Positions 49,135-62,023 of a stretch of 64,000 nt of DNA are shown here, one piece after another (position 1 is the first letter of the stretch; every line of letters begins with the position of its first letter). The position numbers were made by a program, and so were the translations under genes. The notes below the pieces were generated by a model. It ran no database searches and was not told the DNA's origin. It saw nothing but the letters and a program-made list of their open reading frames with translations. Origin of the DNA: Antedon mediterranea (taxonomy: Eukaryota; Animalia; Echinodermata); assembly GCF_964355755.1 (NCBI RefSeq), contig NC_092670.1, positions 1,664,201 through 1,728,200 of the forward strand, written 5' to 3'.

Positions 49135-50787
49135 TTGTACAGGGTGTGTCCTTTCCCCAACCCTGTTTTGCATAATATGAACGAACTCAACACGCGTTAG
49201 GTGTGCGCATACACGATATCTGCCTTGGTAGCCTTTTTTGGGCCGACGATATTGTACTTTTAGCAGATAGCGAAAAAGAACTCAATAAAATGTTAGATTT
49301 AGCAGGCCTATCATTTGCTAAAAAATGGAAATTTAATTTTAATAGTGAAAAGTCAAATGTTTTGATAATAGGTCAGAATTTGAATAGCGAAAAACTTTGG
49401 AAATTGGGGGATACTTTTATATCTGAAGTTGAAACATATAAGTATCTTGGTGTATACATTTTTAGAAATCTAAAAGACAATTTCCACATCAATCAAGTTA
49501 TTAAAAAGGGCAATAGGATCATTGCGTACATTAAATCTATTATAGATAGACTCAACAATTTCTATCGTGTTGTATATGGAGATATCCTTTGGAGAAGTAT
49601 CGGCCTTCCGACTATTAACTATGCTTGTGCTGTATGTGTTAATACAAATACTAAAGACATACAAAGGATTGAGTCTCTTCAATTACAAATGGCGCGAACA
49701 ATTCTTAAAGCGAGTAGAAGCACTGCAAAAGAGGCACTTTATGGCGGTCTAGGTTGGCAACCAATTAAATTAACTCAGGATATTTTTAAAGCAAAATATA
49801 TAAGCAATGTTATGTGTATGGAAATGTATCGTTGGTCAAAGCTTATATTAAACACAATTATTAGACATACGAATTTTAATTCAAGGTACCAATTTATTAA
49901 TGAATTTGAAAAAACTTGTGATTATATTAAGTCCGATTTCAATGCCATTCTTAATGATATATGTACAGGTACTGATATTGATATAAACTGGGTCAAGCCA
50001 TTGAAAATACAATTAAACAATCGTATTCTACTTTTTGGAAACAAGAAGTATTAAGAAAATCATCTTTGCTTGATTACTTCTTGATAAAAGAGTCACTTGG
50101 CCTAGAACCTTGCCTACTGGATAAAACAGATTTTTATGGCTCAAGTTTAAAATGTAAACTTCGTTCAAACACTTTACCACTTGGAAATATTACAAATAAG
50201 TGGAACATTGATAATCTAAATGACAAGTGTAAAGTTTGTGGGTCAGGTGAAGAAGATGTTAAACATTTCCTGTTTATTTGTAATAAGTTACATTAATGGA
50301 AGAATTACAAACACTTCAACATAAACTTATTGCAATAAATTGTGTAGATACTTGGGTAAATTTTATTTCTGGTGACCTATCTATTAAGGTTCAATATGTC
50401 CTAGGAAGCACGTTATTCCATAAAAATAACTCTCACGACATTTATGCTGTATTTGACAGTTATTGTAAAATGTACACAAGCCGTGCTTGGAAATTAAGAA
50501 ATGCAATTGTATTACAACTTTGAACTGTTTTATTAAAAAAAAAAGTGTTTTCTTTTCCATTGCTGTTGCAAAATTAGTAGTTGTATTAGTGTAGTTTTAG
50601 TTTGTAAATAAGTTTATAGCGTCGAGTCAAATTTTATGTCATTATCTCAAATATGTTTTATTTTCGTTTCAGTTTTTATTTTTCATTGTTTTTGTATTGA
50701 ATTTTGTAAGGTATGGACGCACCATCTACGCATGTGTGCCACTGTTAAAAAAGTGTAGTTCCAAATAAATATTATAATATTATATTA
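49135..50787 (+). mobile_element. 5'-truncated, decayed non-LTR retrotransposon (LINE) with RT and C-terminal zinc-binding region
   Basis: Frameshifted QGCVLSPTLF at ~49140, then LFWADDIVL, YKYLGV and CKVCGSGEEDVKHFLFIC. The ORF is split by frameshifts and stops (49203-50054, 50066-50296, 50296-50523). T-rich 3' UTR ends in AATAAA and an ATT-like tail. Clade not determined. Confidence 0.9.
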
Positions 50788-50897
50788 CACTTATTTTCGG
50801 GTACATTGAACTGTTATTTGTGACCATCAATCAATCTTTTTAAATAATAACGCTCCTATGAGATCAAAACCAGGTTCTAAAAAACATATAGCATTAA

Positions 50898-51354
50898 AGA
50901 TGTATTGTCTCTTAAAACACAAAAAATGAAAAAAAAAGTTATTCACTTTAAGTCGAAAATTATAGAAAACAAGTTTACGTAATTAACAGGTAAATTAATG
51001 TGATTACATTTTGTCTGGAAAATCGTCTGAGCGAAAGTAAACAAAGATTTCAAATCATGAGTATGCATTATGCTAATTAGGATTGTTTACAACTGATCGT
51101 CACGGATGAGAAGGTGTTTTCACACAGTTCGCGAGGAAGTTTTATGATTATGCATACAGAGTAGCCAAACAAGCGCGTTGCATTATAAGATATGTTTTGA
51201 TCGAAAACTTTGACTAGAAGTCAAAGTTATTTTTTTAACAAAAAAACGTCTGTATTTCGGTTAAATTACTTTTTTTCTATTATAATACTTCAAAATGACC
51301 CACTTTTTTTTCGAAATATTAAAATTGTTAATTAGTCAAAGGGACAATACATCT
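50898..51354. mobile_element. Non-autonomous TTAA-targeting DNA transposon (Kolobok-like)
   Basis: TTAA|AGATGTATTGTCTCT ... AGGGACAATACATCT|TTAA: a 15-bp TIR with one mismatch, starting AG. Confidence 0.7.
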
Positions 51355-52617
51355 TTAAGGATTTCTATTATTTTGTGTCAAGTTGATCGACGATAGGGTA
51401 GAATTGTTCAATTTTTTTTTAATTGTTAGGAGACTTTAGCAGAGTCGTGGTAGAAAGACACGGCTCTTCGTTTTAGACTATAATGGGAAATTAAAATAAA
51501 TCATCTACCAGACTTTAGCTAATTGATTTGTTAACTACTTATAAGTCCAATCAATTCTCTTTATGAGTTTTCCATTTCAATTAGATTAAGTGCAATTCTC
51601 AGTAAAACTCAATGCGGAGTAGGCCTAACATAACCTATAGGCCTGTATGCTTAATAACAGAAATTGAAAAGAACGTTTAAAGTGTCTGATCAAACTACTA
51701 CCAATTAAAGTAAGAGTTTAAATTACGTTTTATTGAAAAGAATTCTAAATCGTCTGGCTGAGGCGTGATAATAGAGCGATCTGTTATTGAATAGGTTAGC
51801 TAATTGGACGATTAGCGCGAAGCAATGGCCTTAAGAGGTGGGGTGTTGCTACCGTTAGCTTTCTGGATGAAGAACAACGTTCTTAAAGACTACTATTGAA
51901 TTCGGCACATTTGCTTTCTGTGGGTCTTTATTATTATTATTTGCAGTGAACAATTAAAGCATTGTATACACTAAAAGCCTTTGAGAAGTAAAATGTTAAT
52001 ACAAGTTTCCTAGCTCAATGAAAAGACAAGAAAACGTCCGTTTAAAAAAAACATGGAAATGGAGTTCAGGCAAATGGAAAGTTCTAGAAATTTCTAATTT
52101 TAGTTTCTAATTCTAAAGCTGAATTTTGCTGCCTTGTTTTATGGTTTCTCTAACGAACGCAAACAAAACACTTGATGTGGTTTTAGCTTTGAAAAGGTAA
52201 AAAAATTCACTCCATTGATCCAAATTATTTTAGGATGTCAAAAATATTATTCTATTTTTTCACATGTATGTCATCAGTTTGTTGATAGTGACTATAATTA
52301 TCATTAGGCCTATTAGGCCTATAGAAACAATAACATTTCGGATGAATGGAAAAAAAATGTTCCACGCATCATAACAGTTGATTGATAATTTAAATTTAAA
52401 ATTGCATTCAATAGACCATAAATCATGTCAATAGGAGGCCAGCTTATATTATTCTAATTTCCCTGGATCTTGTATGATTTATCGGACGAACAATCTTCTT
52501 GATTCATTTCAACTTAGTGATTTTAGTTCTCTAAATCTAAAAAAAAATTACTGCCTTGTTTTCCCTTTTTTTTTTGCAAATGTTATTACAGTAGTTGCAA
52601 ATACGGAAGCTTAAAAA

Positions 52618-52785
52618 TATACCAATAGCCACGTAAAACAAGTACCAATAGCCACGTAAAACAAGTACCAATAGCCACGTAAAACCAACACAAATACCAA
52701 TGGCCACGTAAAACCAACACAAATGCCAATAGCCACGTAAAACCAACACAAATACCAATAGTCACGTAAAACCAACACAAATACC
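52618..52785. repeat. 23-29-bp minisatellite, left part (interrupted by the TIR element)
   Basis: Units (A)AATACCAATAGCCACGTAAAACCAACAC; the array resumes at 54845-54972 in the same orientation. Confidence 0.9.
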
Positions 52786-54844
52786 GAGTGTTGACAAAGT
52801 GCGAGGCAGCGAGGCAAGCGAGGCATGCGCGGCATGCCAAATATTTGTGCGAGGCATCATTTTATCATTTCCAAAAGTGCGAGGCATGCGAGGCATATAG
52901 TTTACAATTTCAAAAAGGTGCGAGGCATATTTTAACGTGCTATTATGCTATATTATAGGCCTAATAATCAATCGATACAAGCGTATCTAAATAGATTCGT
53001 GTATACACTCATCATGTTGTTTATTTTTATGTAACGATTGTTTTTTCATTCAAGTCATATCGTGTCAAATTTTACTTTTACAAAAGTGCCCAAACTACGG
53101 TTCAAAAATCTGAACGACAGTCTTCAACTTTCGATAAACAATAATTGTTATAGCGACACACTCATCAAATGACTGCAATGTTTGTTGGCATTTCGAGCGT
53201 GTTCACTCACATGTCTCTCGAACATAGCAGAGTGAAAATAATATTTTGTCACACCCCTGCGCCTAGATCCGGTAGACCCGAGAGATGGAATATCCCTCTT
53301 TACTATTTAGCAGGTAGCGGAATGATTCAGCCCTCAGCTCAGAGGATTGTGGTGCATTCCCCTCCTATAGCACGTGGTTTCAGCAGCAACGCACAGACTT
53401 CTCTCTGAGCGGCGTGCCAAAGACATTTTTGACATTCCATTCTCTAGGAACAACACGTGTACCTCTCTCGCAAATAAGGTGAACAGCGATTGCCAGGACA
53501 AGTTCAATAACTGGCGGTGAATAAAAGGTAACTGATATGCCGATCCAATAACATGCCGCAAAGAAAAAAATTGCGACAGAATTCTGGAGCGCGTGTGAAA
53601 AAAGACTTACGTCCGACAATTGTAATACTAGGCCTAAAATTAAACTTTAGCTAATATGCTTAGCCCTAACCTAGATAAAAGGCCTATGTAGAAAATAATT
53701 TAATCAATTTTGATAAAATAATAATTGGTGTAATATTTAATAATGATACACTATTCCTGTTTTAGTAAGCTAGGTATATTACGAACGATTTTTATTTATT
53801 GTTGTCCATGTACGTACTAATAAACCTGGCGCTAGTTTCCTTCGCTTGTATTTTTACTCCAAATTTGATAACTAACTTTATCGTGTGAATACCACACCTT
53901 AGAAGTATACCTCATGAGTACTTTAATGAAAGAATCACATAAAAAGTAACAAATAAATCCTTAAATTAATGATTTTACAGGCGTGTTCCTCGCACACTGT
54001 TCGCGAATTTCACTTATTCAATGTTCAATATTTTTGTTTCTATGGAGCGCCAAAAGAGCAACGATAATAGAGGACTAAAACTCAGTGGAATGCGTCAATT
54101 TCTCATGCATTTATTGGTGAAAAACACGTTTTATTTCAATATATTTGTTAATTTGTCAATAAAAATGTTGTAATATGTTACTGCTGATACTGTTCTGTTT
54201 TCAAAGAATAATAATCGATCCTAAATCAACATCACTACCTAGTCTAGACCTAGGACATCCTACTAAGGATATTATGATGAATTTTTCTATTTTATTCTTT
54301 AAAAGGTTAACGAAACCGTGTACATTATCAATAGTAACATTTTTCCTTACTGACAGTGACAAAATCTATTGAAATTGTACTTGATTTTCACCAAATAATG
54401 CGTTAAATATAAATGGATTCCACAGAGTTTTTAGCCCTCTAATTAATTTTGCTCTTTTGGCGTTCCATAGAAACCAAAATATTGAACATTGAGTGTGCGA
54501 AATGCGAGAAAAACAACGTCTGTAAAATCACCACTTTAATGGATTTATTGTTACTTTTATGTGATTTTTCTTCATTAAAGTAGGCCTACTAATTCTAAGC
54601 TGTGGTATTCAGGATAAAGCCTTGGTTAAATTACAAGGCAGGTGCAAAAGGAAACTAGCCTAGCGGGCCTAGGCCTAGGCTACTTCAATTTCGGTGATTT
54701 CCTGCCTTGCAATTTTGAGAAATGATAAAATGATGCCTCGCATTTTTTGATGATGGTAAAACGATGCCTCGCATAAATTTCTGACTTGCCTCGCATGCCT
54801 TCCCTGCCTCGCGTGCCTCGCTGCCTCGCACTTTGTTACTACCC
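52786..54844. mobile_element. Non-autonomous Mutator-like (MULE) element, 2059 bp
   Basis: Imperfect TIRs of about 140 bp rich in GCGAGGCA, starting GAGTGTTGACAAAGTGCGAGG and ending CCTCGCACTTTGTTACTACCC. 9-bp TSD ACAAATACC at 52777-52785 and 54845-54853. Confidence 0.8.
53831..54659. repeat. Internal ~300-bp diverged inverted repeat (nested foldback)
   Basis: Arm 53831-54141 (GCTAGTTTCC...TTTCAATA) is reverse-complementary to 54367-54659 (TATTGAAA...GGAAACTAGC), e.g. CAATGTTCAATATTT / AAATATTGAACATTG. Confidence 0.85.
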
Positions 54845-54972
54845 ACAAATACCAATAGCCACGTAAAACCAACACAAATGCCAATAGCCACGTAATACCA
54901 ACACCAACGTAAAACCAACACAAATACCAACACCAACGTAAAACCAACACCAACGTAAAACCAACACCAACA
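54845..54972. repeat. Minisatellite, right part
   Basis: Continuation of the AATACCAATAGCCACGTAAAACCAACAC array. Confidence 0.9.
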
Positions 54973-55883
54973 AACTGGCAAACAGCGGGTCTTCAAACAC
55001 TAAATACACGTTTGATCATTTTTACTAGCGCGAACATTTTTAATAATCAGTTCCAAAACCTCACATCTGTACAATAATTTTACGATAAGATTAGCAGTTT
55101 CATAACCTTTTATTCTAGTTTTCTTTCTAGATTAGATATTTATTTGATAGTGAAAGGTTAATGGCCTACCGTGCTATTAATTTATACTTTATTAAACAAT
55201 GCCCTATATCGTAAGTCATGTTTCAGGATGGAAAGTTCATATTTCCTTGTTTATATAGAACACTTAGGGGAAAAATGGAAAATCAGCACTGTGGTCATGT
55301 TACAAGAGTTATCAAAACATTATAGATTATCTGATAAAACTCCTGACATAGAATGGATACAGTAGGCCTATACTTGGGCGGCGCTTTAAAAACTTGGAGC
55401 ACAATGTTCTTGAGACCAAAAACTATATAGGCTACGAATACAGAATATAATAGCACAATTTGTGTAATGTATTTTAGATGCAAGATATATAGGGACTAAT
55501 AGTTGTCACTGGATAAAAAATGTTTCCAAATAAAAGTCGATTCTATCGTTTCTAATGCTTTGTTGTACCATTTATAATAATTTCTAGGAATCAGCTCGTT
55601 GTCAAAATGGACACCTGTGCTCTATCAAACCGAACATTAATTTATAACAGAACACCGCGAATATTTCCATTTCTTACTTAAAAGATGTGCTAATTGACAG
55701 CCATTTTCCATCATACATTTGCTTTAACAAATTAATTAAGGTGTTGAAATCTTTTACAAGAGTAATTATTTTAAGGTGGAATTCTAAAAATATGTCCGAA
55801 TCACAAATCCCTTCTTAATTGGTAATTAACAGGTCTCATCACCGCGTTAACAAGTCCAACCCCTTCATTGACCTGTCGGTTTG

Positions 55884-55951
55884 ATTGGTCAGTCACAATG
55901 TCCACTTTGGCGTTATTCAGCGCTTTACGCGTGCTTCTATTGTGTATAAAA
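55884..55951 (+). promoter_or_regulatory. CCAAT (reverse) and TATA box of the secreted Cys-rich gene
   Basis: ATTGG at ~55884 and TATAAAA at 55945-55951, about 120 bp upstream of the ATG at 56073. Confidence 0.55.
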
Positions 55952-56072
55952 GACAAGAATCACACGAGCATCACACACAAGCCAGTAGGCAGGTCACAGA
56001 GCAACACCAACAAGTTGAATACCAGAACAACTATATTACTCTTCATAACGTTTCAACAAGGAAAGTTCGAAG

Positions 56073-57175
56073 ATGAATGCTATCATGTTGACAACGACGA
56101 CGGTGTTTTTCCTAATGTTTTGCGTGACATCTATTTCAAGTGGTAAGTCATTTACTTAATATCACAATAAAACAACAATAATATTCGGATACTGTATATA
56201 TTTATATTTTATGCCATAATTCTCAAATAACTTTTATATGAGTTCTACTTTTTATCTTCGTACTGAAGTTTACCAGCAGTGGTCATAACGCATTAGTCTG
56301 ACTTGAAAAATTCAACTCTCAAAAAAGTTAAATATTGAGTTGAATCACTCAAAGTTGTAACCATCTCTAAGTTAATTTGGATATTAACATCATTTTGTTA
56401 TTGGTGGTTTTGTATAATCAGCTTTCCAGAACAAACTTTGGTTGAAATCAATTAGGTGAAATCAATAACAATCGATCTTTCACCTCGTGTTTTCAACCTT
56501 TTTCGCTTCAACTCATAAAACTATAGAAACAATAATCTCAACCATTTTTCGCAAGTCTTCTCACATGTATATTTATAAAGTACAATTACGTAGGGCAAAC
56601 ATCTAACCAATTAACTATATCCCTGCCGCAAGCTGCTTTCATAGTACTGTCAATTATTCATTAACTTCATTACTAACTTATGTCTATTTTTTTCAGTGGT
56701 GGTAGAGTTTGAGTTTGATGACGAAACATCTGATGATAGGCCGATGGGCTTCGATGCTAAAGCTATCCTAAATCAACTTGAGCAGGAAACATTTGAAGAA
56801 GTTTCTGATATCCAAGGTAGAACATACAACGCAAAGAAGTGCTGTAAAATCGGTAAAAGGGTTGCGGATGAATCTATGTATTGTAACATCGACTTAATGC
56901 AGGTTGAAAAAAAGAACAACGCAGCTCACCGCAGAAAAATGAAGTTCCACGGACCGCTGGTTGAGGAACATGAAACCCAGGAGGACCTGATGCAAAAGGT
57001 GGAGAAATGCTACCCGTCGAAGGCATCGCGAAACATGTTTTCAAAATGCTGCCAGTGGCAACAGAGTCTAATTGATGAGATGGAGTCCTGTAAACGAATG
57101 GAAACCAAAGAAGACAAACGTCAGTGCAGACAAGATGTAAAAGCGCGCGAAAGACGACGAAGAAAGAAAAAGTAA
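56073..57175 (+). CDS. Secreted ~182-aa Cys-rich protein with an anaphylatoxin-like cysteine pattern (2 exons)
   Basis: Exon 1 (56073-56142) encodes the signal peptide MNAIMLTTTTVFFLMFCVTSISS followed by gtaagt. Perfect branch point TACTAAC at 56671-56677 and ttttcag acceptor. The phase-1 join into 56697-57175 is in frame. AATAAA at 57832. Confidence 0.8.
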
Positions 57176-58708
57176 ACTATTATATTACCTCTGCCAACAA
57201 TAACACATAGAACTTAGAGCAATAATGAAAATGAGTGATTCAGCCTCATACAATCTTCACTCTCTTATGATAGAAATGAATTGATTGAGAAATAATTTCG
57301 TTTTAACATTAGTATTTTCTTATATTGTTTGAAGGTTTGCATGGCGAAATATTTTCTTGTGGTATAATTCGATCAAATTAGGATTTGCAATTTCAATTTC
57401 ATTGTTAATATATGTAAATTTTGTTTATAATGTAAATACTTTAAAAATGTATATATTGAGTTTATGTAATCTACAATTAGATATTACATCATGTCAGTTT
57501 AGCCGATGTTCTAAAACAAATCAAGAATTTGTATGATTTATTTCTTTTTTATTTTTAAATGCGCCTTGAGCACTCTGGAGTGGTTTGTGCGCTATAAAAA
57601 TCTTATTATTATTATTATTATTATAAGGTATAATTAATTATTGGCATATTTTACCTTCGTGCATTCAACTGGGTGTAGTATGTCTAATGGTTACTAATGT
57701 GTAAAATGAAAAAATAATATGATAAGATAATGATTTTGTTTATTACCAAGTTGTTACACCCTCAATGCATCTTCAGAGTAACACAAACATTTTTAGATTG
57801 TATGTTGCGTATCGTTATTGTAAGTTTTGTTAATAAATACACTGTTATATATTCTATTACGGTCTTCTATTGGTTTTCATTATGATGTCTGACTGTCTAG
57901 TATAATAGGAACACTTTATGTTATTATTATTGAGGGTTTGTGGAGCCAAAACTTAGTTTGTGCTGTGACCGTGTTTGTAGTGAATTCACCGCGCCCCATT
58001 TATTTTAAAGCGCAACCTTGCTTAAAATCTACAACAATGCATCAAAACACAGGCCCTATTAATGTATTAATACATTGAAACGGCTACAGGTTTCAAAAGT
58101 ATTGTTACATTAATGAAGGTGTTTATTCTGTTTACAAAACTTTCCCTACACACTAGTGATGAGTAATTAACCAATCAATCAACCAATCAATTATTCTAAG
58201 AATACAATCAGGTGTGTTATAAAAAAAGTCATACCGTTTGAAATCTTGATGCAATAAGGGCCTACGCTTGAGTAGTCAAGATCAACAGTAATGATATTTT
58301 AATTTTTCGAAATCATTATGCCACCGGTTTCTAATCAAATAATTAGCGTTATTTTTTACGATTTCCACGAAAAATGTCTGGTGTGGTTTGTAGATTGTGG
58401 TTTCTTGTCTGAATCTTGATAAATGGTTTATTATTGGGGTAAATAGCTTAAAGCATCAGGCACAATGCAAACAAAGATGACGTCAGTTTATGAGGTAGCG
58501 GGTTGAAAAAACTTCGTTTATAATTTGTTCACATTTTGACACGACATTTGTTTTTCTTTTCGAAAATAAGCCCATATTGAAAAGAATTCCCTCTTGGTTT
58601 GCAAAAGTAATCTAAAAGTAAAAACGAATTATCCAGAGTTATAAAAAAGAAAGAAAAAAACCTTTTTGAAAGAAAACTGTTTGAGTTGCTGGGTTCTGCA
58701 TTTTATTG

Positions 58709-58859
58709 ACTTCAGTTTTGACTGCATACTAGTACTGTACTACAACTCGCTCATTTTAATTGTTACTACTATTATATTTATTTACTTCAGTTTTGACTGC
58801 ATACTAGTACTGTACTTTCAACTCGGTCATTTTAATTGTTACTACTATTATATTTATTT
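58709..58859. repeat. Two-copy tandem duplication of about 75 bp
   Basis: ACTTCAGTTTTGACTGCATACTAGTACTGTACT...TATATTTATT occurs twice. Confidence 0.85.
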
Positions 58860-61800
58860 ATGATACTTTTTTTTTCACTCAGGTACCGTAATAATTTTGA
58901 TGCAAATTAATCTATGGAAATTTGACAAGATATTGTATTTAATTTAGATCACGTAGAGATTCTTGACTTGAGCCAAGTGTTGAGCACGTCACGCATCATG
59001 TGTCCAATAATTGTGGTGGCGTGTTGGGATGCGCGCGCGTCACCTGCACAGCACGTGCCATTATAATGTTTACAAACATTAGCGTACTACTATAACGTCA
59101 AAAGGCATCGATGGCAATAATTGAAGAAGAAAAAGAACCACACCTAGCTTAATTAATAATTTACCAATTGCTAACAAGACTCAATAAAAGTAGGAGGATC
59201 TTTTGATGATTTCATCTATTAAAAGGTAAATATTTATAGGCATATGGCTAGGGCCTAGTTCAATCACTATTTACTACTAGGCCTATATTAATATTAGTAT
59301 TCTATCTATTCAGACTAGGCTAGCTTTTTAGCCGGCCCCGGGTATTTTATTATATTATAACTATTAAGTAAAAGTATTCTATTTCTATGTATTTTTCACA
59401 ATGTTTGATAACTCCATGAGTCCACACCACACCAACCTAGGGGCCTATCATATTGTTATTTCAAAAGTAAATACTATACAGGTAGGCCTATAATAGGTTA
59501 TAAGAACATTGGAAATACACAGTAAATAATCAGCATGCATGATGCAAGCTAGCATGATGCAAAACAACAACTTCTTAAATGGTTATAGCGCCCGCTATTG
59601 TTGAGTTAGCAGCAGGTCATGCGCGCGATGGGACGATACCATTCAAGAACCTTTTTGTACAGGAAAATAAAATGTCATTGGATAGGATGTTATTTGCTGC
59701 TACTAAAAAAAGCAAATTCAAAAATATAGTGCATCCAACAAAATATTCAACAAAACCATAGACACCTAACAATAGCTTCATTTCTTTGTCCGAATATATA
59801 TTAGTTATTGTTGTAAAATGAGTTCGTGCGTATAGGCCTATGTTTATTAAAAAATCACACCTATTACATAAACGTTCCAATGACATTACCGTCAAACAAA
59901 ACACAATTATGAAAAATTGTATTGAGTAAACCGAGCATCAATAAATGAATCAATTGTTATCAGTTGAAACAAGGCCTATCGCAGCAGTCACGAAGCTAAT
60001 ATTTCAATCATTAACTTTCTAAACAGTGAGTCTGTTCGCATTCTTCTCCTGTTCTTTAGATACAGTTATATTTCAGTCACTTATTTTGATTGCTAAGTTC
60101 GCTTGCTTGTTTCGAGAGTTTATTGGGCCTACTTTGTTTTCGCATCTACCTTCTCACACACGTTCGCACTTTTTCACTGATCCGTCAAGCATTGTCGAAA
60201 TATGCTTTACAGCAATAAACATTTCGCCTGAAAAAACTTAAAGTCGCACATGACCTACACGAAATGTTATCCTTTTTACCGATTTTTCGAGCAATAAATG
60301 GTAACGCAGTAGGTGATAACTCTTCTTGACCAGAAAAAACTCTGTAAATAAAAAAAAAAGGGAGGGGATGCGAAGGGTGTGCAAAACCGGTGTTATAAAA
60401 CAGCTGCGGACAACTATAGTTACTTTGCAAATCTACTAGAGTTGATACTAGTGAAAAATCTCCATTTTACGAGGAAATAGTTCTATGAACCCTGTAAAAT
60501 GGTTACCATGCCTACGGACATGCATATCACCTAAGTGCAGTTCTTCAAACTTACTCTTGTTATCTGATTTTTTTTTTAAGATTAAAAAAAAAAATCTTTA
60601 CTGTATATGCGTACATGGCGTCACGAAGTTGAATAAATTTGATATGTAGTGATGGCACTGCGGTGCGACACGTACTACCTCAATATTATTATTCTTCTTG
60701 AAAACAAGGTACATGTCATATTCCAATGGGAACTTTCGTTGTCAACATAAAGATAAGTACATTTTGTATGACAGAAAGTCATTCTAATAGAGAAAACGTT
60801 GACAACGCAAGCTTTCGTCAAGAACAATCTCAACGCTTGAAATACTCTGTACTGAATGGAAAAACTGTACTCCACGGTAAAACTCCCAATTGTCTGTACA
60901 GCATGTCCACACGCAGGCGGTGCGCATTTATTCAACCATGGAGTTATTATACCTCAATGATTCAACCATATATCACACGTTCAAACACTGTTAATAATAA
61001 TCCATAATACATATAGGATATGGGTCATGTTTTTACTCCACTCTCTATGTGTATAAAATTGAACCATGGAAAGAATGTGTGTCTTCTTGTGATTTGACAC
61101 ATGTATTAATTTCCACCCGTAGATCCACAGATTTAGACCTAATGCGAAATATAGGCCATATATTCAATATCTGTTTTCTAATGGGATTAAGCAATTTTCC
61201 TCACACCGGGGCGTGTGTTACAAATGCCACAGTACGCTATCTTCGTGCGAAATAAAATGGTTTGTGATCGTCATTTCTTTATGCATTCAACTGTAAATGT
61301 ATTATTATTTTTATTATTAATATTCAGGCAAAAGATACATTTTACAAATACAATACAAATCAACAAATTATACAAACACAACGCAAAAGAAAATATAAAA
61401 TCATAGTCACTAGCTGCCAGGAAAGCACAAAAGCAGTCTAAGCCACTGTCACCAATTAGGTGTGTACCTCGGGGTGTACCTCCAACCAGTGACTAGTTAT
61501 TACAAATAATATATATAATATAGATGATGATAAAGTTAATATTTTAAAAGAATAACTTAATTATATTAAGCCTATAGTTTATAATTATATGTAAATGCTA
61601 AATCACAGTACAGGAGGCAAACATTTTTTGATTGCACTGGATTTTTTTTTATTTATTTATTTTTTAAAATACAATATGTAGGACTAATATACAACAAAAA
61701 TGAAAAAAAAAGTAGGAAAAAAAAGTAGAAAAAGACAGATTCAATCATCAGAAACCATATCAACTAAAATACAATATTGCCTAACAACATGTTTAAAGGC

Positions 61801-61924
61801 TTTTTTTACAGAATCAAATGTATGATTTAGAGGTCCAGAAGCAAGGCACGATAAGGCACGATAAGGCATTGAATTGAATTGAATTGAAATTTATATTTAT
61901 ATTTTTTTTGAATTGAAATTTATA

Positions 61925-62023
61925 TTTATACTGGGTAACCTCTTCAGTCAAAGACTGGTCTCCCAGAGGGCCCAGTTGGTGATCAGTGGCTGTGATGTAC
62001 TAATACACCGGGGTAACCCCCTA
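61925..62023 (-). mobile_element. SINE 3' fragment with a LINE-type tail stem-loop
   Basis: The minus strand reads GTAGGGGGTTACCCCGGTG...CTGGGCCCTCTGGGAGACCAG..CTGAAGAGGTTACCCAG followed by TATAAA-like repeats. Confidence 0.5.

Noticed and set aside
52537-52840. Hydrophobic Trp/Tyr-rich ORFs (also 54675-54996)
   Set aside because: They derive from the minisatellite and TIR repeats and have no splice or promoter support.
53325-53482. EDCGAF, resembling the Ulp1 protease catalytic motif carried by some MULEs
   Set aside because: Only a short match in a brief frame, without the upstream Gln or the His/Asp motifs. It would need BLASTx support.
60000-61260. Short ORFs as a gene or transposase remnant
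   Set aside because: There are no recognisable motifs and no consistent splice-phase chain, so it was left unannotated.
61925-62023. Hammerhead ribozyme (CTGAAGA on the minus strand)
   Set aside because: There is no correctly placed GAAA core and stems. The sequence is better explained as a SINE/LINE 3' tail.
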